DNA of 64,000 nucleotides. It comes from Pelagomonas calceolata. Its lineage: Eukaryota. The DNA lies in assembly GCA_918797485.1 (NCBI GenBank), contig CAKKNE010000006.1, positions 992,001 to 1,056,000 of the forward strand, read 5' to 3'. Shown piece after piece: positions 57,658 to 64,000 of the stretch. Every line of letters starts with the position of its first letter. Within the stretch, counting starts at the first letter, position 1. The notes beneath the pieces were generated by a model, which worked only from the letters and a program-made list of their open reading frames with translations, was not told the origin of the DNA and made no database searches. A program made the position numbers and the translations under genes.

Positions 57658-58692
57658 TTACTGAATCCCCACGCGGTCCGCACGCGGAACACCGTGCCGG
57701 AGCGTGCCGGCCCGCCGCTTCGCGTCGTCGCGGGCCTTCTGCTTCGCCGCCCACGCGGCGAGCGGCGCCGGCTCCGGCGACAGGCGCCGGCAGTCCCCCC
57801 GGCAGACGTCCCGGCGCGCGGGCGAGCAGTACTCGAGGCACAGGTCGTTCGAGGCCACGGCGCCGTCGGCGCGGACGCGCTGCGCCCGCAGCGCCAGGTC
57901 GCCGACGCGGAGCCCGTGCGCCCTGACGACGAACTGCAGGAACGACTCCGCGCGGAGGAACGTGCGCGCGGCGTAGGCCGGCGCGAGCTCGATGCGCGCC
58001 GCGACGACCGCGGCGGCGTCGCGGCTACAGACGAGCACGCGGTCGTTCAGGCCGGACCAGCGGTGCCAGTAGGGGTCGAGGATTGTTTTCGACGGGACCG
58101 CGAGCACCTGGCCCGCGTCGATGGCGTCGAGGAACTTGAGGTCCGGCCGCGCGTAGACGACGGCTTCGTACGATACGCCGGAGCGCCGCCAGAGCGCCGC
58201 GACGCGCCGCAGGCTCTCGAGCTGCCGCATCAAATTGCGGAAGTTCGGCCCCGCGTAGCGCCTGTCCAGCGCCGCGTAGGAGGACGCATTGAGGGCGAAC
58301 GCCGCGTCGAACGCCGCTTGTTTCTCCGTCATACCGCGCGCGCCGAAGGGCCTCAATAACTTTACCATTTCCGCGGCGCCGTCGCCCACCGCCACTTCCA
58401 TGCGCTCGCCGCCCCGCGCCGCCGTGTCCACGAAGGCTGTCTCCGTTTCCCAGACGTGATAGTAAACGTCGACGGCCGCGCACGCGTCGTGTAGTGGTTT
58501 CCAAATTTTGTCCGCTATACCATGCACGGTATGTCGCAGCGCGCGGTTTAAACCGTAGAAGCACAGCGCGACGCGCGGCCGGGGCGAGGGGCAGCCGTCC
58601 CGCGGTGCCGGCGGCTCGTGCTGCTGCTTCGTGAGCCAGAGCAGCGGCGCGGCGACGAGCAGCAGGAGGAACAGCACGACGGCGCTACGCAT
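57658..58692 (-). CDS. Type II membrane uncharacterised GT-like protein (same G..R / RPD family as the repeats in 35370-39521)
   Basis: Signal anchor; RVALCFYGLNR, RQLESL, YEAVVYARPDL, GLNDR, AESFL, RVRADG. Confidence 0.7.
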   Translation of the reverse strand: MRSAVVLFLLLLVAAPLLWLTKQQHEPPAPRDGCPSPRPRVALCFYGLNRALRHTVHGIADKIWKPLHDACAAVDVYYHVWETETAFVDTAARGGERMEVAVGDGAAEMVKLLRPFGARGMTEKQAAFDAAFALNASSYAALDRRYAGPNFRNLMRQLESLRRVAALWRRSGVSYEAVVYARPDLKFLDAIDAGQVLAVPSKTILDPYWHRWSGLNDRVLVCSRDAAAVVAARIELAPAYAARTFLRAESFLQFVVRAHGLRVGDLALRAQRVRADGAVASNDLCLEYCSPARRDVCRGDCRRLSPEPAPLAAWAAKQKARDDAKRRAGTLRHGVPRADRVGIQ

Positions 58693-58765
58693 GGCGACTA
58701 CGCATGATCATCTATGGTGCCGCATCGACGGCGTCGAGACTCGAGGCTGCCCCATGGCAAACTCG

Positions 58766-58860
58766 ACGAACCCCCCCCTCCAAGCTCTTACCCCTAGCCC
58801 CTCTAGCCTCAGCCCCTTCGAGACGCGCGAGGAATCACGCGCAGGAGGTCTGGACCCGGC
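58766..58860 (-). repeat. ~90-bp dispersed repeat, copy 2 (inverted relative to copy 1)
   Basis: See 6312-6401. Confidence 0.88.
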
Positions 58861-58952
58861 GAACCCGAACGTCCGTGCGAATTCGGATACGTGAAGAGAA
58901 AGAATTATACGTACAATTCCCGCGCGACGCGACGCGCGGCGCGATTTACATT

Positions 58953-60056
58953 TCACCGTACCTTGACGCGGCTCCGGAGCCGCGCCGGCAGCAGCGCCGG
59001 GTCGCCCGACTCGAGCCACGCCAGGTCCGAGGGCGACAGGGGCAGCGACAGGGCCCGCGCGTCGTCCGCCAGCCGCGCGACGGAGGTCGTGGCGACGCAG
59101 ACGCGGGACGCGTAGGGCTGGTGCCGCGCCCAGGCGAGCGCGACGTGCTCGGCGGCGAGGCCGTGCACCTGGCCGAGGCGCCGCGCCCGGTCGCGCCGCG
59201 CGAAGTTCTCGGGCGTGAGGTAGGCGGACCGCAGCCGCGCGTCGCGCCAAGACTCGTAGTCGTCCGCGGGCTCGTCCGGCGGCAGCGGCGCCGACGGGGC
59301 GAACATGTCGTCCCGCGACCAGCGGCCCGCCAGGAAGCCCTTGGCGAGGCACTCCCAGCCGACCACCACAACGTCGTCGCGGTGGTCGGCGTACCACCTC
59401 CGATCCGTTTTGCCCATGCACGTCGTGCCCGGCCAGGGCGCGTGCCGCGGCGTCGCCAGGCTCTCCTGCACGGACGCGCACCGGGGCGGCGCCTGGCCGG
59501 TCTCGACGGCGTACCGCCGCGCCGCCGCGAAGCGCCGCGTGCTCCAGTTGCTGCAGCCCCACGTCTTGACGCCCCGGGCCGCGCACAATTGGGAGACATT
59601 GTCCACGATCTCGCTGATGTCCTTCGCGGGGTCGTCCCTATGCAGCAAGTAGACGTCGACGCGCCCGAGGCGCCGCAGGCTCTCGTCGAGCTCGCGCTCG
59701 AGGTCGCGCCGGTCGAGCCGCGGCGCCCAGCCCGACGACGGCGGGCCGCAGCCGCCCTTCGAGATGACGACCGCGTTCCGTCTCGCGTCCGCCGGCGTCG
59801 CCGCGTCCCGCAGCCAGGCCCCGAGGATCCGCTCGGATTCGCCCCCGCCGTAGACCGCGGCCGTGTCGAAGGCCGCGATGCCCAGGTCCCACGCTTTCGT
59901 CAGGAGTTGGAACGGCTGGGGCGCCTCGTGCAGCCGCAGCGTGCCGAAGACCAGCGGCGAGGGGACCAGTTGGTTCGTCGGCGGCGACGGCGGCGCGAGC
60001 GACGCGGCCAGCCGCACGGTTAGCAATGCCGCGAGGCGTCGGCGCATGCCGCCCAT
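58953..60056 (-). CDS. Aldo-keto reductase with N-terminal targeting peptide
   Basis: LVFGT, FDTAAVYGGGESERILGAW, VISKGG, SLRRL..DVYLLHRDDP, WGCSNWS. Confidence 0.85.
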   Translation of the reverse strand: MGGMRRRLAALLTVRLAASLAPPSPPTNQLVPSPLVFGTLRLHEAPQPFQLLTKAWDLGIAAFDTAAVYGGGESERILGAWLRDAATPADARRNAVVISKGGCGPPSSGWAPRLDRRDLERELDESLRRLGRVDVYLLHRDDPAKDISEIVDNVSQLCAARGVKTWGCSNWSTRRFAAARRYAVETGQAPPRCASVQESLATPRHAPWPGTTCMGKTDRRWYADHRDDVVVVGWECLAKGFLAGRWSRDDMFAPSAPLPPDEPADDYESWRDARLRSAYLTPENFARRDRARRLGQVHGLAAEHVALAWARHQPYASRVCVATTSVARLADDARALSLPLSPSDLAWLESGDPALLPARLRSRVKVR

Positions 60057-60545
60057 AGGCGATTCCTGTCTCGGGCGTCGCCCAGGGATCTCGCCGCGGC
60101 GTAGCGCGAGCGGCGCGCCGGGGCTGGAGGCAGCGAGTGGATTTCACCTGAAGTCAAACCCCGCCGGCGGCGAGCGGTGGCGCGCGAGCCCGGCTACGGG
60201 TGCTGTGCGCGGTGTGCGGCCCCGGGGCAGCCCCTTCCGGGTGGTAACGCTCGGGGAAAGCGCGCGACGTCGACGGGTTGGCGTCAAATTTGGCCCCCCG
60301 AAACATTCGGCCCGACGCACGAATCACCCAAGCCACTATGGCGTCCTGAGGACTCCTCGCCGCGGGCGGTGAAATCGAAATCCCATGAACCCGTACGAAG
60401 CTCGAAGAGCTCCTGCGCGGCCGACTCTTGCCTCTCGGGCTGGGCAGAGATTCCGCGGCAGCTGCCCTTGCTGGCAAGAAGTGCTCACACGACAGTTCGT
60501 TCCACCTCCGCCGCATCGAGGACACGCTGGTCGAAGCGTCGATCG

Positions 60546-61829
60546 ATGGTGGGGCGGTGGCTCCTCGTTGCCGCGGGTGCGGCGGCGGCGACGGAGTGCC
60601 CCACGTTGATTCATGAAGACGCCGGCGTGCGCCTCGCGGGCTACGTCGTGTCGCGGCGCCGCGACGTGGACGTGCGCGACGCCGTCCGGCGGACGTGGTG
60701 CGCGACGGCCCGCCGCGTCGCGTCGGACGACGTGTCTGTTGTCGTGCGCTTCTTCGTGGGTTTAGATACGGTGGAAGGCGGGGACGACGCCCATATGATG
60801 GATGTGACCGTCGTGGACGTGCCGGACGGGCCGTCCGCCGTGCCGCACCTGCGGCTCTACGCCCTCCTGCGGTACGACGCATGGGCGCGCCGCGCGACGC
60901 ACTTCCTCGCGCTCGACGACGACGCGTACCCGTTCCTCGACCGTCTTACGCAAAGCCTCGTCGAGAAACGGGCGATGCACGCGCCGGCGGGCCGCGGCGT
61001 CGGCCCCGCTATCAGTATCGCGCTCGAGGATACCTTTGTGTGGGGATACTTCATGGAGCACCCGAAGTTCGGCCCCTGGCCCTTCGCGGCGGGTTTTGGG
61101 AAGGTCCTGACCGCGGATCTAGCACACGCTCTGGCCGCGATGAACGCGACCGTGCCGCTCGAGCTCGGGCCGCCTTGTAAAAGCGTGCGCGACGACGGCA
61201 CGAACATCACGTGCGAGCGCGCCTGCGACGACGCGGACCCCCGCGTCCAGGGCGTGTGCCTGAAGCGCGTCTGGATCTACGAAGACAATTTGCTCGGGAT
61301 GTTGCTGACGCCGTTCCGCTACCAGCTCGTGCACGACAAGCGCTTCCACGTCGTGCCCGGGCCGCCCTCGGAACGATACGACGGCGCGCCGGGCATCCCG
61401 CCGTCTCAGACATCTTTACTCGTGGACCGGCACGACTTCAAGCACGCGATGGGCGTGGTGGATTTTTTGGAGGCGATGCACGCCGCGGCGCTGACCGGGA
61501 ACTACGACCGCTTCCTCCTCTCGCCGGAAGGCGTCTGCGGGTTGGAGCGCCTCGTGTGCTTCAACAATTCCAGGGATGAGGTGGAGCGCGTCGCCTACGA
61601 GTTCACGATCGACGATCGGACGCTCGCGGTCGTTTTTGACGACTGTAAACAGGCGGAGGGCTTCGGCGACGTCTGCGTCGTCAACGGGTCGGACCCCGAG
61701 GGCCGCGTCTCGCTCCACGAATCGAACAAGAATATAATGCACCAATTCGCGCTCGACGACTGCCGCACGATCGCGGCCGACGTCGCGGCCGTCGGGCGCG
61801 CGGCGCTGCCGGGGAGCTGTGGGGGGTAA
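60546..61829 (+). CDS. Secreted GT31 (beta-1,3-galactosyltransferase-like) glycosyltransferase
   Basis: Signal peptide MVGRWLLVAAGAAAA; RDAVRRTW, VRFFVG, LDDDAY, WGY, PFAAGFG.VLT.DL, YEDNLLG. Confidence 0.78.
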   Translation: MVGRWLLVAAGAAAATECPTLIHEDAGVRLAGYVVSRRRDVDVRDAVRRTWCATARRVASDDVSVVVRFFVGLDTVEGGDDAHMMDVTVVDVPDGPSAVPHLRLYALLRYDAWARRATHFLALDDDAYPFLDRLTQSLVEKRAMHAPAGRGVGPAISIALEDTFVWGYFMEHPKFGPWPFAAGFGKVLTADLAHALAAMNATVPLELGPPCKSVRDDGTNITCERACDDADPRVQGVCLKRVWIYEDNLLGMLLTPFRYQLVHDKRFHVVPGPPSERYDGAPGIPPSQTSLLVDRHDFKHAMGVVDFLEAMHAAALTGNYDRFLLSPEGVCGLERLVCFNNSRDEVERVAYEFTIDDRTLAVVFDDCKQAEGFGDVCVVNGSDPEGRVSLHESNKNIMHQFALDDCRTIAADVAAVGRAALPGSCGG

Positions 61830-61868
61830 CTTGTCTTTGTTGTTATCATATGATAGAGATCACACACA

Positions 61869-64000
61869 TTAACCACTACGGCAGACGGCCCGCTTCACGC
61901 GGCGCACGGCGTCGTGGCGAGCCGACGGCGCGAGGCGCCGGTACGCGCCCGGCGCCGCGGGGGCGTCTCCAATAACTCGCGGCGGCCCCGCCGGTAAGAG
62001 CGCGCCGAGGTCGCGCGCGAGGGGCGCCTGCTGTGTCGCCGCGAGGCGCCGGTCGAAAATGTCCGCGACCGCGCCGCGATCGTACGGCTTCGGGTCGACC
62101 AGTCGGACGGTGTCCCTTATCAAACTCTCCTTGACGCGCTTGTCCAGGGGCGTGTCGCGCGCCATGGACGGCGACGCGTTAACTTCCAAAAGCCAGGGCC
62201 GCGCGTCCTCGTCGAGCAGCACGTCGTAGCCAAACAGTTCGAAGGCGCAGGCCTGGTGCGGGATCCGGTCCTCGGCGCAGACCAGCGACTTGAGAATGAG
62301 CCCATCGATATCCTCCCTGATTTTAACGACGTCGCGGTCCTTCGCGAGTTGCTTCCACAGATATTGTAAGGTACATTTCGTGCCGGCCGCCTCGTCCTCC
62401 GCCGCGCCGACGAGGGGTCCATACAATTCATGCGTCGTCGCGTTGTGGCGCTGGATCGAGGCGTTCGTCAGGTGCACGAACTTGTCCGAGACGTCATCGC
62501 TACTGAAGGGCCGCGTCGCGACCCGCGCAAACCCCTCGTCATACAACCACGCCTCGAGCGGGTTGAACGATGTGACCAAAACATACAGTCGCAGATCGAA
62601 CTTGTGGCCCCCGAGGCACATGGGCTTTGGAATGTACGACTGCGCCACGACCAACTGATCATAGGTGATATCTTCCAGCGAATCCACGACCGTGATCCCG
62701 CGCCCCCGCGACGACGACGCGGGCTTCAGGATCCACAGGTTCCGTTCACCCATCTTCCTCCGGAACGCCTGCACGAGCTTCGCGTAGTCCTGGGGCAGCA
62801 GGAACGTCTCCGGGGTGATATCAAAATACCCGTCGTACTTGCCTCTCTCACACAACCCCTGGAAGCGCTGGATGGCTCGAGCCAACAGGTCCTTGCGCGT
62901 CAGGTGCCGCGCGTGCGGGTAGTGGTTCACGCGCTGCCACGACAGAAGCCGGTCGTAGTCGACGCGCGGCCGCGACCACGTCCACAACAAGTTCCACGTC
63001 GTCTTCAATCCTAGGTCTGCGGGGAGCTCGACCCAATTATGCATATCTGAGAGTACAGTGGTCACGATGTCGAACACCTCCGGCCGCGAGCTGTTGACTC
63101 GGAAATGGAGAGTAGACGGGCTCCCTTGATAAACTTCGCTCGACCCGTCTCTATCTGACATGAAGACCTCGCCGTAGTCGTCCATGACCTCCCTATAATT
63201 CGTATATAACTTCCACTGGCGGTTCATGTGGAGCCGGACGTCCGTCGGGTTCGGCCTCGTTCGCGTCTGGCCCCGGAGGACGGCCCACTTGGAGAAGAGC
63301 GAGGCGAGGTCCGGGTGGGCCCTGAGGCACAATTCGCCTTTCGCTTCGAGGTCGCCGGCCGGCGGCGGCGGCGGGCGCGGTGGCTCGTCTTTTAGTGTTG
63401 GTGGCTCCAGTTCCGGTGGCTCCTCGCGCGCCGGCGGCGTCGGCTCATCTCGCGCCGGCAACGGCGCTTCCACCGGCGACCTCGCCTTCCCGCCCCGCAG
63501 GCGCCCCACGAAGCCGTCGGCGTCCGCGACGGTGTCGGCCGCGACCGCCGCGGCGACCGCCGCGGCGTCCGCCGCGGAGAGGGAGATGGCGGCGCGTCGT
63601 TGCGTAGGGCGCGGCGGCTCCTCGCGGGGCGTCGGCACGAGCATGTCGGCGTCCGAGTCCGACTCCGACCGCGGCCCGGGCGCGGCCGTCGCCGTGCGCC
63701 CGGCCGACGGCGGCCGCGGCGACGACGACGCGGTCGATGCGTCGTCGCGGGAATCCTGCGGCACCGGCGCCGCGGCCGCACCGCCGGAGCTCGCGTCGTC
63801 GTCGGACGACGAGGCGGCGTCGGCGCCGGCGCGCGGCTCGGCGGCCGGCGGGCGGCTCGCGTCGCGACCGGCCCCCGCGTCGGCCTCCGCAGCTTGCGTC
63901 GCGCACTCGACGACCGGCTCGGCCGGCGCGCCATCCGACGTCGGCACGCGCTTGCGCGTGTCCGCCGCGCCGCGCGGCGCGGGCCCCTCGGCCGCCAGCG
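61869..64000 (-). CDS. Tubulin polyglutamylase, TTLL family (TTLL4/5-like); 5' end runs off the window
   Basis: RVNHYP..LTRKD, PETFLLP, WILKPASSSRGRGI, KFDLRLYVLVTS, HLTNAS, FELFGYDVLLD, PWLLEVNASPS. Confidence 0.92.
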   Translation of the reverse strand, partial: LAAEGPAPRGAADTRKRVPTSDGAPAEPVVECATQAAEADAGAGRDASRPPAAEPRAGADAASSSDDDASSGGAAAAPVPQDSRDDASTASSSPRPPSAGRTATAAPGPRSESDSDADMLVPTPREEPPRPTQRRAAISLSAADAAAVAAAVAADTVADADGFVGRLRGGKARSPVEAPLPARDEPTPPAREEPPELEPPTLKDEPPRPPPPPAGDLEAKGELCLRAHPDLASLFSKWAVLRGQTRTRPNPTDVRLHMNRQWKLYTNYREVMDDYGEVFMSDRDGSSEVYQGSPSTLHFRVNSSRPEVFDIVTTVLSDMHNWVELPADLGLKTTWNLLWTWSRPRVDYDRLLSWQRVNHYPHARHLTRKDLLARAIQRFQGLCERGKYDGYFDITPETFLLPQDYAKLVQAFRRKMGERNLWILKPASSSRGRGITVVDSLEDITYDQLVVAQSYIPKPMCLGGHKFDLRLYVLVTSFNPLEAWLYDEGFARVATRPFSSDDVSDKFVHLTNASIQRHNATTHELYGPLVGAAEDEAAGTKCTLQYLWKQLAKDRDVVKIREDIDGLILKSLVCAEDRIPHQACAFELFGYDVLLDEDARPWLLEVNASPSMARDTPLDKRVKESLIRDTVRLVDPKPYDRGAVADIFDRRLAATQQAPLARDLGALLPAGPPRVIGDAPAAPGAYRRLAPSARHDAVRRVKRAVCRSG

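Noticed and set aside
1611..61829. Bacterial contamination or an integrated giant-virus segment
   Set aside because: Spliceosomal, flagellar and bZIP genes are interleaved, introner introns are present, composition is uniform, strands alternate, and I saw no viral core genes or operon structure.

Overview
This is very GC-rich, gene-dense eukaryotic nuclear DNA, most likely from a pelagophyte alga (Pelagomonas/Aureococcus-like). That call is inferred from introner-type introns with terminal inverted repeats (TIRs) and 8-bp target-site duplications (TSDs), a bZIP-PAS factor, and spliceosomal and flagellar genes. I can support about 31 genes, nearly all intronless and mostly on alternating strands. 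A few housekeeping genes (ARMC2-like, U1A/U2B'', an EF-hand protein, bZIP-PAS, TTLL) are interleaved with about 24 genes for glycan-building and glycan-decorating enzymes that carry a signal peptide or signal anchor. These include 4 NodU/CmcH-type O-carbamoyltransferases, about 13 SAM methyltransferase domains (FkbM-like, Methyltransf_24-like, NPPH/HemK-like, SET), GT47/GT61/GT31/other GT-like domains, a pyruvyltransferase, a sulfotransferase, 2OG-Fe(II) dioxygenases and aldo-keto reductases, often in multi-domain fusions. Four patterns stand out. (1) Each of the three NPPH-motif N-methyltransferases sits directly next to a carbamoyltransferase, and the fourth carbamoyltransferase is fused to a methyltransferase, suggesting a secretory-pathway (N-methyl)carbamoylation system. 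(2) Most of these enzymes carry a shared, unannotated ~60-70 aa module, often with G-x-G-C...D-x-x-C, which also occurs as a stand-alone gene. (3) A conserved 22-bp element recurs in the promoters. (4) There are two introner elements with TSD-derived splice donors. All family assignments come from motif recognition by eye, not from database searches.
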